A stretch of DNA of 64,000 nt from a virus (lineage: Duplodnaviria; Caudoviricetes), in the IMG/VR virus record IMGVR_UViG_3300046526_000553, positions 1 through 64,000 of that record; one strand, written 5' to 3'. Below, piece after piece: positions 1-9,800 of the stretch. Position numbers and translations under genes: made by a program. Every line of letters begins with the position of its first letter. Position 1 is the first letter of the stretch. The notes under the pieces are model-generated. The model ran no database searches. It was not told the origin of the DNA and saw only the letters and a program-made list of their open reading frames with translations.

Positions 1-317
1 TCTCTTAACTCTACCTCCTGGTGCTCGTATTGATGCTCTGCCTGCACTTTATCTCGTGCAGCTTGTCGGTTCTGGCTTATCATAATCAAAGTGGCTAAAA
101 CGATAGCTTCCAGTGACAATATCATGGTCAGTAATTGATAAGGATATTTGTCAAAGGTAATATGTAAGAAATGGCTATTGATAAAGAACCAGCCACCCCA
201 CCAGATGAAGTGGACATACAGAAAGGTCATGGTTCCGGCAAAAGCTGTAATTTTATCTGCTATTTTGTCTGACAAGGACAATTTCTCCTCATGCTTTTGG
301 TACCAGTTATTATGCAT
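1..317 (-). CDS. DUF1003-family membrane protein (3' end beyond window)
   Basis: Manual translation MHNNWYQKHEEKLSLSDKIADKITAFAGTMTFLYVHFIWW...FDKYPYQLLTMILSLEAIVLATLIMISQNRQAARD matches the DUF1003 D.YP...SQNRQ signature; RBS AGGAG. Missed by the ORF track because it is truncated. Confidence 0.85.
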   Translation of the reverse strand, partial: MHNNWYQKHEEKLSLSDKIADKITAFAGTMTFLYVHFIWWGGWFFINSHFLHITFDKYPYQLLTMILSLEAIVLATLIMISQNRQAARDKVQAEHQYEHQEVELR

Positions 318-367
318 ACATCTCCTGTAAACAGAATAGCCCAAAAAAGCCATGCCTGTCTGCCCAG

Positions 368-835
368 CTATTTCTTATGTGTAACCTGGAAGTGGTTCGT
401 ATAGACAGTTTGTCTTACTGTCCTTAGACTATTTACACTATAAACTAAATCCATCCTAAGTATATATGTACCCGGTAGAACATTATCAGGGATTATCAGA
501 GCATTACTTGACTGGCTACTAGTTTTAATACAGCCTTTGATATTTGACACAGATGGATATGAAGAGACTATAACACTGGAACCTTGTAAAGCTTGCGTAG
601 CCTGCACCAAACGAACTACCACTGAGAATGGTATCGCTTCATATCCACAAAAAGTTGTATTATAATTTATCGGTTCACCAATATAAGCTGGGCTGTTAAC
701 GTGAAGGTTAATGGTATCTTGCTTGAAGGGTGTGAATAATAAGTATGCGATATAAGCAACTACACACAAGGAGATGCCCAGCATTATATAGATTATCTTT
801 ATGCCTCTCTCCAGCGTCCATATACTACGATACAT
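368..835 (-). CDS. N-terminally membrane-anchored protein with beta-sandwich domain (possibly lysis module)
   Basis: 155 aa, N-terminal hydrophobic helix, C-terminal PGTY.L motif; translationally coupled to 835..1125. Confidence 0.55.
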   Translation of the reverse strand: MYRSIWTLERGIKIIYIMLGISLCVVAYIAYLLFTPFKQDTINLHVNSPAYIGEPINYNTTFCGYEAIPFSVVVRLVQATQALQGSSVIVSSYPSVSNIKGCIKTSSQSSNALIIPDNVLPGTYILRMDLVYSVNSLRTVRQTVYTNHFQVTHKK

Positions 836-1125
836 TACTTTAACCTCAGCCCTATAGAGTAAAGCAGAGTAACTAAAACAGCTGCTAGAATGATTCCCAC
901 TGCTCCGCCCACTATTTTATAAATTGTTAATAACTTATCATTGGTTTGCTGCAAGGCATCATCCAAAGAAGATATCTTTGTATTCACATAATCTTTCGTG
1001 GCGAAGTTATTATCGAGTTTATCGGTAAGCGTATCAACCTTATGGCCGATAGTGTCTATCTTAGAATTTGTTTCGTTAAGCCGATATTCGATAAACTCTT
1101 TCTGTGTCCTTGGAGCTTCAGCCAT
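835..1125 (-). CDS. Coiled-coil plus C-terminal TM protein (holin/XhlA-like)
   Basis: 96 aa, heptad-like N-terminus and one C-terminal TM helix, downstream of tail genes. Confidence 0.5.
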   Translation of the reverse strand: MAEAPRTQKEFIEYRLNETNSKIDTIGHKVDTLTDKLDNNFATKDYVNTKISSLDDALQQTNDKLLTIYKIVGGAVGIILAAVLVTLLYSIGLRLK

Positions 1126-1134
1126 TATATCTTA

Positions 1135-1164
1135 ATTATGGCTTAAAAATATCATCGATGTCTA
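1135..1164 (-). promoter_or_regulatory. 18-bp-spacer promoter TAGACA-N18-CATAAT
   Basis: -10 element lies 9 nt before the ATG at 1125. Confidence 0.55.
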
Positions 1165-1380
1165 ACTTATAGGGGCTTTTGGAGTCAATACAAAATCTCC
1201 ATCCTCATAAGTAATAACACTTGTGCTTGCAGAACTAAATAATGAATCGAACTCTTCTTTAGATAAGTTGATTGACATATCTGCAGGTTTGCCTGGTATA
1301 TCCACTTGGATACGTTGGTCATCAGCGTCTTTAATAAGTGAAACGGTATTGTCATCATGTATAATAGCCACGTAGTTCAT
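1162..1380 (-). CDS. Hypothetical protein (start MNYVAII)
   Basis: RBS-like AAGGAAG before the ATG at 1380; follows the stop of 1388..1843. Confidence 0.6.
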   Translation of the reverse strand: MNYVAIIHDDNTVSLIKDADDQRIQVDIPGKPADMSINLSKEEFDSLFSSASTSVITYEDGDFVLTPKAPIS

Positions 1381-1387
1381 ATAAATA

Positions 1388-1843
1388 TTAACTTCCTTGC
1401 GCCGTTGTCGCTGACGTATAGGCTTTAAAGAATAAATAATAATCGTGTGAACCACTATCTAGATTCTCAAGACGTATAAAGTTATTACGGATGTTATCTA
1501 TATCACTAGAAGTAGCCCAGTCAGTCCAATTTGTAATACGACAACTTTGCTGCGCATTACTGAGCAAAGAAGTACTAGGATGACCGGCGGTTTGATTATT
1601 GGGAAACTGATATTGAAAGAATCCCTCAGAATCCGTGTTGAGACTGTCAATGCATACAGTAAAAGTAAAATTCCATATTGATAATCGCTGTTCCAGAGGA
1701 GTAGTGGTGATGTTGAAATTGGCGTTCAGTCCGGCTGGCAAGGTTATAAAAAGTGAAAAAGTATCTACAGGTGATGCAGGTATTGAGCTTGTACCTACAT
1801 AATGGTATTTTTTTATATCACGAACACCCATACTAGACAACAC
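1388..1843 (-). CDS. Putative minor tail/virion protein
   Basis: Beta-rich 151 aa ORF in the tail-tip gene run. Confidence 0.5.
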   Translation of the reverse strand: MLSSMGVRDIKKYHYVGTSSIPASPVDTFSLFITLPAGLNANFNITTTPLEQRLSIWNFTFTVCIDSLNTDSEGFFQYQFPNNQTAGHPSTSLLSNAQQSCRITNWTDWATSSDIDNIRNNFIRLENLDSGSHDYYLFFKAYTSATTAQGS

Positions 1844-1851
1844 CCGTTTTC

Positions 1852-2433
1852 TTAATTAGCCACCACCATGAACAACACGAATACATTAGCTATGTTAATC
1901 GAAGCACCACTTGTAGAATTCGCCCATAATGAAAAACTATGACTCCCTGCACCCAAGCCTGTAAATTCACCGACCAAAGGTACTGTCGAACTATAATTTG
2001 TAGCAGCGAAAGTTGCAACTGAAGCTGCTGGATTGGTCTGAGGGGTTGTGTTATCTGCAAATACTTCAATGTTCATATCGGCAAGCGTAACTGCTGCTTC
2101 CTGTAACCGTGCCTGACCAAAAAAGACAACTGTGAACCCTGATGGGACTGTGAGTGTGCATGGTGGAAAAGTCCCCGTAGAAAGAGCCGTTAATGAAGAA
2201 TGGGCAAAAGCAGATTGTTGACCCGTACCAATGATAGCTGCCGTGGCGACCCCCAAGGCTAGATTATTTGGTACTACGGAAGCATTTGCCATATGCCGTG
2301 CTACCACAACTCCATCATTCATACCGCTCATGCTATTAAATGAATTATCATTACTATTAAGAATATTCCACTTACTTACGGTGGGGGTTTCTCCACTACT
2401 GAAGGATATGGATTGGAAACCTGAACTAGACAT
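1852..2433 (-). CDS. Putative tail fibre/minor tail protein
   Basis: N-terminal SF.SGE.PT.SKWN.L..ND attachment-like motif; C-terminal beta-sandwich (GL.AGSH.F.L). Confidence 0.6.
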   Translation of the reverse strand: MSSSGFQSISFSSGETPTVSKWNILNSNDNSFNSMSGMNDGVVVARHMANASVVPNNLALGVATAAIIGTGQQSAFAHSSLTALSTGTFPPCTLTVPSGFTVVFFGQARLQEAAVTLADMNIEVFADNTTPQTNPAASVATFAATNYSSTVPLVGEFTGLGAGSHSFSLWANSTSGASINIANVFVLFMVVAN

Positions 2434-2947
2434 TTATATTGTCACCCTTCAAAGTCTTATGCCGGAATCCTTCTACGATAAGCTCACCGTCAACTTCTTC
2501 GACATTCGGTTTAAAATTTGTGGCTACAATCTTTCGCTTAATCAATGCCTCAATATGCGGTTCATCAGCAGGAATATGCGTGCTGGATTGTGTCACATAT
2601 CCTCTTTCAACTTCGCTGACACGGGTATCTGCCCCACAAATGCATTCATATCCAATAACTCCATCATGTCGTTTCCTAGTAGAAAGTAGGTTTCCGCTTA
2701 TCTCTATGCGTCGAAGCCCTAAATGATGTTTATGCATATTCTGTTTCACTTGCTGTCTGTCTAAAACCCACAAACATAGGTCTCTCTCACAGCTTTCACA
2801 TATTACAATCTGAACGAAATCATAATTATCTTTATAGAAATTTAGTATGAACTCAGCATCCTGGGTTTCGTCAGGTTCTCGTGGCTTATCAAGCATTTTT
2901 CTAATAGTTTTAGCTGTCTTTTTATCGATGTGTCCTGTGTCTTGCAT
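2426..2947 (-). CDS. Hypothetical Zn-binding protein
   Basis: CESC...CICG motifs; overlaps the next gene by 8 nt. Confidence 0.6.
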   Translation of the reverse strand: MQDTGHIDKKTAKTIRKMLDKPREPDETQDAEFILNFYKDNYDFVQIVICESCERDLCLWVLDRQQVKQNMHKHHLGLRRIEISGNLLSTRKRHDGVIGYECICGADTRVSEVERGYVTQSSTHIPADEPHIEALIKRKIVATNFKPNVEEVDGELIVEGFRHKTLKGDNINV

Positions 2948-2960
2948 ATTACATTACAAC

Positions 2961-3407
2961 CTATATATATGTAACGGTTAACGCGGGGGTGCCCGTACCA
3001 CCAGCACTGCATGTAATACCGTTAGCTGCTGGCGTTTGGAAATCAAGCATTGTACCATTAGCTATTGTCCACGAGAGAAGCCCCAAAATATTTCCTGAAG
3101 CAGCACTAGCATTGTCATAAAAGGTTAAAAAGTTCGTGCTAGTTCCTGTGCCAGCTGATGTAACTATGATTCTGCATAACCGACCAGGGCTGGCGCTGAT
3201 AATCGTAGCCGTGCCTTTTGCGGCTGTTATAGCATAGTTAGCATTCAGACCGCCAGCAGAAATTAACTGTACACCATTCGGTATTGAAGCGGTATTAGTT
3301 GTAGCATCGCCCAACATAACCACTTGGCGCAGATTGCCAGCAGTATCGGTATAGACGGCAACGTTGCTGCCGCTTCCTGGGGTGATTCCGATTGCAGATT
3401 CTGACGT
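2961..3407 (-). CDS. Putative virion protein, probable ACG start
   Basis: Frame open from an in-frame TAG at 3431; GAGGA-7nt-ACG TCA GAA TCT gives (M)SESAIGITPGSGSNVAVYTDTAGNLRQVVMLGD. The ORF track starts at an internal GTG with no RBS. Confidence 0.65.
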   Translation of the reverse strand, partial: TSESAIGITPGSGSNVAVYTDTAGNLRQVVMLGDATTNTASIPNGVQLISAGGLNANYAITAAKGTATIISASPGRLCRIIVTSAGTGTSTNFLTFYDNASAASGNILGLLSWTIANGTMLDFQTPAANGITCSAGGTGTPALTVTYI

Positions 3408-3443
3408 AAACCTATCCTCACTTTCACACTAGCTTATATTTTT

Positions 3444-3473
3444 AGCATAGCAATCACGTTTCTTATCTGACAA
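3444..3473 (-). promoter_or_regulatory. 18-bp-spacer promoter TTGTCA-N18-TATGCT
   Basis: Direct reading upstream of 3407. Confidence 0.65.
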
Positions 3474-3487
3474 GCGATGGCTGAAGA

Positions 3488-4060
3488 CTACAGGGGATTA
3501 TCGTCTTGAAGTCTTTGCATACGTTCTTTGTAGTTCTTTGCTTTATGACGATGAAATTTATTGTGACAATCATGGCACCAAGTTATTAAATTGTCTAATT
3601 TATTATTCATAAGTGTATGAGATGACATATTTCTGCCACGGTAATCTTTATGATGAACAACAAGTAATTTACGATTTGTTTCACCACAATTCTGACAGGT
3701 ATAATTATCTCGCTCAAGGACTTTTAATCTTATCATTCCCCAGCCCGTACCAGCAATTTTGCTTGTGTATTTATCCCACACATTTTTAGCAAGACGTTTT
3801 TTAGCTTCAGGGTTTGTAGCATAAAGCTTGCGAAGACTTGCGGCTCTTTTCTCGACAGCATCTCTGGGTTGTTTCTTTCCTGTTAATGAAGCACGCATCT
3901 TCTCCAGTGCTCCTGGTTTATGAACAGGATTATCTTCTAGGTTTCTCTTCTTTGTTATGGGGTTCGGGATTCCACGCATTGATTCGTAAAAACATTCACG
4001 AGAACAAAATCTATTACGAGGCGTAGGAGTAGGGTTGTCACATATTTCACATATTCGCAT
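3488..4060 (-). CDS. HNH endonuclease (homing type)
   Basis: RD.YTCQ.CG...VHH.D...N...NLITWCHDCH..H; N-terminal Zn ribbon; own promoter TTGACC-N17-TATACT, leaderless. Confidence 0.9.
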   Translation of the reverse strand: MRICEICDNPTPTPRNRFCSRECFYESMRGIPNPITKKRNLEDNPVHKPGALEKMRASLTGKKQPRDAVEKRAASLRKLYATNPEAKKRLAKNVWDKYTSKIAGTGWGMIRLKVLERDNYTCQNCGETNRKLLVVHHKDYRGRNMSSHTLMNNKLDNLITWCHDCHNKFHRHKAKNYKERMQRLQDDNPL

Positions 4061-4092
4061 GTTTTATAGTATATTAGCTTGGAGCTAATTGG

Positions 4093-6411
4093 TCAACCGG
4101 GGGCCAGAGAATCACTTCCACCAATTGTGCTTAAGCCTATCGTAAAGTAACTAGCAAGTATTTTTTCCTCCAGTTCCAATATCTGGCTCATAGGACTATC
4201 GTCAGTAAAGCTATGAGAAATACCAACGACGGTATACTCAGTATAGATAGGCAATATCTGTGGTTGAGTCAATGCTAATAATAGACCATATGGTGAATAT
4301 GAATAGGATTGTTGCTGTTGCATCAGGGCTAATAATAATCCACTAGGCATAAAAGAATAATCGGTTATATCATTAATGCCAAGGGTAACAGCATCCCCAA
4401 TCTGTAGTTGAGGAACTGGAGTTATATCAGCTACTATACGCTTGAACGGCGTTGAATAATCAGTAACTAAAACGGTTGCATTTGATTGTGCCGTGCTTGG
4501 ACTTTGTATGAGGTCATTTTCGATGAGTAATGGTTGCCCGTTATTGGTTGGGTTGCCCCCATAAAGTGCTATTGATGCTTGGTCTTGATATTCATAATTA
4601 ATTTGATAAGTAATTTTTGCCGGAGTACCCCATAATTCTAACTGAGTTATGAATACAGGCAACGAATATGTGCTAGCAAAGGTAACGAAATATTTACTAC
4701 CACTTAATGTTGCTGCACTGTCGGGCTGGTTAACAAGACTCGTACCAACTACAGAAACATATAATGGGACATTATTCCCAGAATTATCATCAGCAGTATT
4801 TGCTCTAAAGATGGATGTAGCAGGATTTGTTTGGTACCATAACGGGATTTTAACGCTTGAGACGGGGAGTACTCCAAAATCATCTTGAAAGTCTGCCTCG
4901 ATTGTTACAGTGGCACATGGTGTAGCCACAGAAGCTGAAAAGTATGTCGTCCCTGCCCAAGTATATAAATAATTGGAGGTCGTGGTTTTATTACCATCGA
5001 AATATGTGGGAGTAGCGCCAAAAGCTAACTGAACCATAACAGCATCTATGTTAACGACCTGAGATGTTGTGGGATATATTCTAATATCAAAAGATGTATG
5101 TGTGCCATCGGTTGTAAAGCTAGGCAAGCTTAATAAGTCCCAACTACTATCCAACACCACGGTGGCACTACCTAAGCTTACGGCATTTTCCACTGCTTCT
5201 ATTGTGATAACCGCACCAGGTGTACCTTGCACGCGACATTGAGCTACGTAGGCTGTATTGATTGCACAATTTATAGTAGTTGAGGCATATTGTGACGTGC
5301 CAGTTGAAGTCAAGCTAGCGAAATAAATATCGTTCCATCCCGCTCCTTCAGATGGAACAAGCGCACCGCCAGTAACTGACCAATTGATGATACTGTCAAT
5401 ATAAAATGTAGGGTTTCTGCATAAATTCGTAAAGGTCGTTGTACTATTAGGCGCAGGTACTGCTGTGGCAACAGTTTGTTCCCATATTTTTTGATTACCT
5501 TGTACAGCCCGTGGATTTGCCAATATTTGTACATCATTAATAATAGGAGTATCCTCAGGCGTTAGCTGGAACGTATCAGTTTCATCAAATGTCCATACCG
5601 GTGAATCATTGGTGATGAGATGCTGGCGATTCCAGAAGTGTGCTATACCATTTTCATCAAAAAAGAACAGAGCTTGTTCGGCTTCGCATAGGGCTTGAAT
5701 AATATCTCCAATAAATAATCCGTAAGGTGAATAGAAACCAATTTGTGACTGAGTAGACTGCTCTGCAATATATTGACTTGTAGCTAGACCGGCTTCACTT
5801 AATAAATCACCGATTATTACATTAGCATATTGATTTATGTAGCAACCATTGTTAGCTGCAGCTATTGGTCCGGCTGCTTTTGACTGAAAAGATTGTAGAA
5901 AATCGAAGAAATCAAATCCATCCAATGTTATCTGCCGATGGTCAATATCATTTTGGGGCTTGGTTGTCTGCCCGTAGAATAAGTTAACCGTCTCATCTAC
6001 GCTATTTGTGCCAGCCGTAAAACCAGTGGCAATATTTATCGGTCTACCAGTAATAATATAGTTTCCAATAACAGGGTCATAGCCTGGCATGAAAAGTAAT
6101 GTCGTGTTATTTAATTGTACCTCACTCTGGGCTCCAAATGCTCCATAAGTATATTGCCCGATGTTTCGTGTTACCGAACCACTTAACATATAAGCAGCGT
6201 AATCAGTATATTTATATTGATTGGCAAAAGATGGAGCTGTACCGGAACCAGGGATGAAATCATTGCCCCCTATCGAACTTGTGCCAATCGTAAAGAATCC
6301 ATATCCCACATTTTCCTGTTTTGTCCAACTGATATTTACACCATAAATAGGGTAGTGCAGAGTGTTATTACCGCCAGAAGAGGCTGTGAAATTTGTTGAT
6401 ACCTGTTGCAT
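4093..6411 (-). CDS. Tail tip/hub protein with inserted carbohydrate-binding-like domain
   Basis: Two genes after the TMP; IQALCEAE..LFFFDENG hub motif; central NLCRNPTF...IDAVMV..G..YFDG CBM-like jelly roll. Confidence 0.75.
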   Translation of the reverse strand: MQQVSTNFTASSGGNNTLHYPIYGVNISWTKQENVGYGFFTIGTSSIGGNDFIPGSGTAPSFANQYKYTDYAAYMLSGSVTRNIGQYTYGAFGAQSEVQLNNTTLLFMPGYDPVIGNYIITGRPINIATGFTAGTNSVDETVNLFYGQTTKPQNDIDHRQITLDGFDFFDFLQSFQSKAAGPIAAANNGCYINQYANVIIGDLLSEAGLATSQYIAEQSTQSQIGFYSPYGLFIGDIIQALCEAEQALFFFDENGIAHFWNRQHLITNDSPVWTFDETDTFQLTPEDTPIINDVQILANPRAVQGNQKIWEQTVATAVPAPNSTTTFTNLCRNPTFYIDSIINWSVTGGALVPSEGAGWNDIYFASLTSTGTSQYASTTINCAINTAYVAQCRVQGTPGAVITIEAVENAVSLGSATVVLDSSWDLLSLPSFTTDGTHTSFDIRIYPTTSQVVNIDAVMVQLAFGATPTYFDGNKTTTSNYLYTWAGTTYFSASVATPCATVTIEADFQDDFGVLPVSSVKIPLWYQTNPATSIFRANTADDNSGNNVPLYVSVVGTSLVNQPDSAATLSGSKYFVTFASTYSLPVFITQLELWGTPAKITYQINYEYQDQASIALYGGNPTNNGQPLLIENDLIQSPSTAQSNATVLVTDYSTPFKRIVADITPVPQLQIGDAVTLGINDITDYSFMPSGLLLALMQQQQSYSYSPYGLLLALTQPQILPIYTEYTVVGISHSFTDDSPMSQILELEEKILASYFTIGLSTIGGSDSLAPG

Positions 6412-6414
6412 GAA

Positions 6415-6756
6415 TCAAGCCTGTTCTATGGTGACATTCATGGTTTTTAGAAATAAGTTGCCCTTCAGGAACTCATCTTCAGCCACTAACGGATAACCGA
6501 AGAAGGTGAGACCACTGCTATGATTATGATAGGTAACACCCGCGCCTTTATTATAAAAGACAACAGAGAGGTCTAAGAATTCCGCTTGAGTAAGGGGTGG
6601 GAAAATGAGAGAGACTCTATACTTCTGAGCCATCCAATAACGATGATGTGCCCCCTTTATTGACACTCGGTCCACCACCTTCTGTGTCAGTTCTTCCTTG
6701 ACAGAACTTGGTTGCGGAAGGTCTGAAATTCCATTGAACCAAAATAGATTTGAAAT
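6415..6756 (-). CDS. Distal tail (Dit-like) protein, probable ATT start
   Basis: Immediately after the TMP; AGGAGG-8nt-ATT TCA AAT gives (M)SNLFWFNGISDLPQPSSVKEE; in-frame TAG at 6771. Confidence 0.65.
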   Translation of the reverse strand: MSNLFWFNGISDLPQPSSVKEELTQKVVDRVSIKGAHHRYWMAQKYRVSLIFPPLTQAEFLDLSVVFYNKGAGVTYHNHSSGLTFFGYPLVAEDEFLKGNLFLKTMNVTIEQA

Positions 6757-6776
6757 CTGGCTATCCTCCTAGTTTT

Positions 6777-6806
6777 ATTTTGACAAATATTGGAAGGGTC
6801 TGTCTA
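6777..6806 (-). promoter_or_regulatory. 18-bp-spacer promoter TAGACA-N18-CAAAAT
   Basis: Direct reading; weaker -10 element. Confidence 0.45.
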
Positions 6807-6834
6807 AGATAATTGGCGTTGATAATTCATGTAT

Positions 6835-9800
6835 TTAAATAGGTCGGATACCGATAGATGGTAATGAAGAAGCAGTTCCATGCTGGCGTGCTATCTGTTG
6901 AAGGGATTGATAAATAGTGGTTGCAAGCTGCTGGGCTTGTTGCTGATTCCCCATAATAGGTCCTTCGAGATGGATATGTAATTCACCGACCATTGGGGTA
7001 CCACCACTCACCTTATTACCAGAAACTGAACCTACTTGTCCAGCACCTTGTCTAACCCCCGCTGCCGTTGATACACCCAAATCAGTAGCCGTTTTTACCG
7101 CTGATTGTTTCCCGCTCATCAAACCCTTTTGGAGCCCAGCATCTATATTCTGACCAATCTCTGCAAAAATGGATGATGGCGAATGAATCCCAAGCGTATT
7201 CTTTAGCCCCCCTTGTATTGCAACCCCAATATCTTTCATCGCAGTAACCACAAAACCAGTTTCACCTCTAATACCATTAATGAGCCCAGTTATAATATCT
7301 TTACCAATTTGGGTAAATCCTGTAACGGTCTTTGCTAACATTGACTGTGAGCTATTAATGATTTGTTGCGTTTCATTGGAAGATATGACCGAACTCCCCG
7401 AGGGCAGGTTTACAAGTTCTGGGCCTTTCTCGCCAACAAGAGCCAGCCCCCCTTTAAAGTTTTCAACTCCACCAGCAAAATGAGGCGTACCTTTTTTATT
7501 AGACTGGAGATTACCGAAATTACCTTGTATAGAACCCGACATCTGCATATTCCCAACAAAGCCTGACTGAGCAAATGCACCGCCTTTACTGCCACCACCA
7601 ACCATCGCATTTAATAAGTTTAACTGAGTTGTTCCTTGTGATGCAGGACCAGATATTTTGATTCCAGTTAGTTGGGTGCCAACTTTTAAGGTAATGCCAA
7701 CGACTGGAGTAGCTTTCAACGTAGCAATTTTATCAACCATACTACCCAGTTTCTGATTAGTAGTATCTACAAGCTTATTATAATTTATCTGAGCATTACC
7801 ACTATTTTTAAGTGCATCCTTATATGCATCAGTATCAGCGTTAACTATTGATTGCTGCCTAGCCACAGCATTGAGTTTGTCGGCAGATGTCTGTGCAAGA
7901 CCATTAACTATTTGTTGTTGCTTTTGCACAATAGGGGAGTCTGCACCATATTTTTCAATATCTTTATTTAATGTATCCTGTGCTCTACTATATGCATCAG
8001 TTGCTTTTTGACTTTGACCCTGTAACTTTGTGAGTAGCTGCTGGTCATTCGTAAGCGTATTAGTGGCTTTGTCAACTGCACGATGGGCTCCTGCAAGATT
8101 TTGCGCTGCGCTAGTGGAGAAATTCATACTTCTTGCCCACTGGTCCCAACCGGGAGTGCCTGATTTGATATCTTTATTAATCCCGAGTATATGGTCTTCT
8201 GCAGGTTTTACCCACTTATTAAAAACGAAAAATGCTGTGCCCAAACCAGCTAAAGCAGCGCCCGCGATTAATGCACCCGCCCCTAGTGCGCCCAATCCTG
8301 CCGCTCCGCCAGCCTCAGCAGCAGTTGAACCAAGCAGCCCATTTGCCTCAGCAGCTAACGAGGTTGCACCTGCCGCACTTCTGCTTATTCCCACCAATGA
8401 GCCTAGGTTTCCCCCCAATTTCGTTATGGCCTTAGTAGCAAGCAAAGCTCCTTCGGCATTTTTCCCAAAGCCAAGGGCTAACTTCACTGTCATGAATAAT
8501 TCTTCAGCTTTTTTAGCTGCTATTACTGCTCCTGTAAAACCAACTATGGCTATTGTCGTGAGAATTATGGCAGCTGCCAATTTCTTGTGATAAGTTATAA
8601 AATCAGCAATAGGCTTTAATATTTCAACAAGTGCTTTAGTCATTGAAAGTAAAACAGGTATGAAGGCAGTGCCTAGCGCTATGCCAATCGTACTCAGATT
8701 TTGATGAAGCTCACTCATTTGTTGATTAAGCGTACCTTGCATTTCTTTCCAGCCAAGTACTTTATCTGTAGCTGTTCCCATAGATTTGCTAACGGCATTA
8801 ACGTTATCATTGAAGGTCTGTGTATGTGCCCCCGTTAACATTAGAGCAGTTGTTAACCCTGTGCTGCCACCAGTAGCCTTGGATAGTGCCGCTTCAAAAC
8901 TTAGTGCAGCAGGAGTACCAGCCTTTAATTGTGTATTAAATGAATGCGCCTGTGTGAAAGTGTTTTCAAATTGTTGACCAAGCGTTTCATTAGCTGGAGA
9001 CATATCACGAATAGCTTTGCGATAATCTTTCCAAGATATGGTTCCTGCTAGAAGTTCCTTAGCAACTCTTTGCAAACCATCAGGCATTACTGCCAATTCT
9101 TCCTTTAAATCTTGTGTAGCTGACACAGAATTCTGTAGAGCTTTCTGAAGAACTAAGCCTGACGGTCCCATACGGCTCAGAATAGCATCACTAAGCCTCT
9201 CTATCGTGTTAGTCAAACCTTCTTTACCAAGATTCTTTGCTACTTCCTGTGAACTAATACCAAGCTGCAACATTTCCTTTGTCTGGACATTACTTGGGTT
9301 AGACAAAGATTGTATAGTATGCCGTAAATCTTGAGTTGCCTGTTGTGCCGTCATGCCTTGCGCCGTCATGGTGGCAATAGCACCGGCAACTTGGGCAAAT
9401 GAAATACCAACTGCTGATGCGATAGGCAAAACACTCGAAAGAGATGATGAGAATAACTGTAGCGTTGTTTTACCACGTGAAACAGCAGTAATCATGCCAT
9501 TTACTACTTGAGCAGATTTATCAGCACTCAAAGCATAGGAATTTAAAACTGTACTAGCAGCATCGGTAACGGTAGTGGCGTCAGCTTGTTCATCTCTAGC
9601 GCCTTTAGCAGCAGCCATCAAAACTTTAAGACCGTTAGCACCATGAAACCCTGCCGATTCAACGTAGTACATGGCATTTGCAAGTTCAGTTGAGGCTATT
9701 CCTGTGGTTCTGGCTACATTTAGAACCCCATCTGAAACCATTTTTAGGTTTCCTTCAGATTCACCTGCCGAGGTAACAAGCTTGGTCATTAATGTTTGAA

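Noticed and set aside
148-330. 60-aa + strand ORF
   Set aside because: Antisense to the DUF1003 gene.
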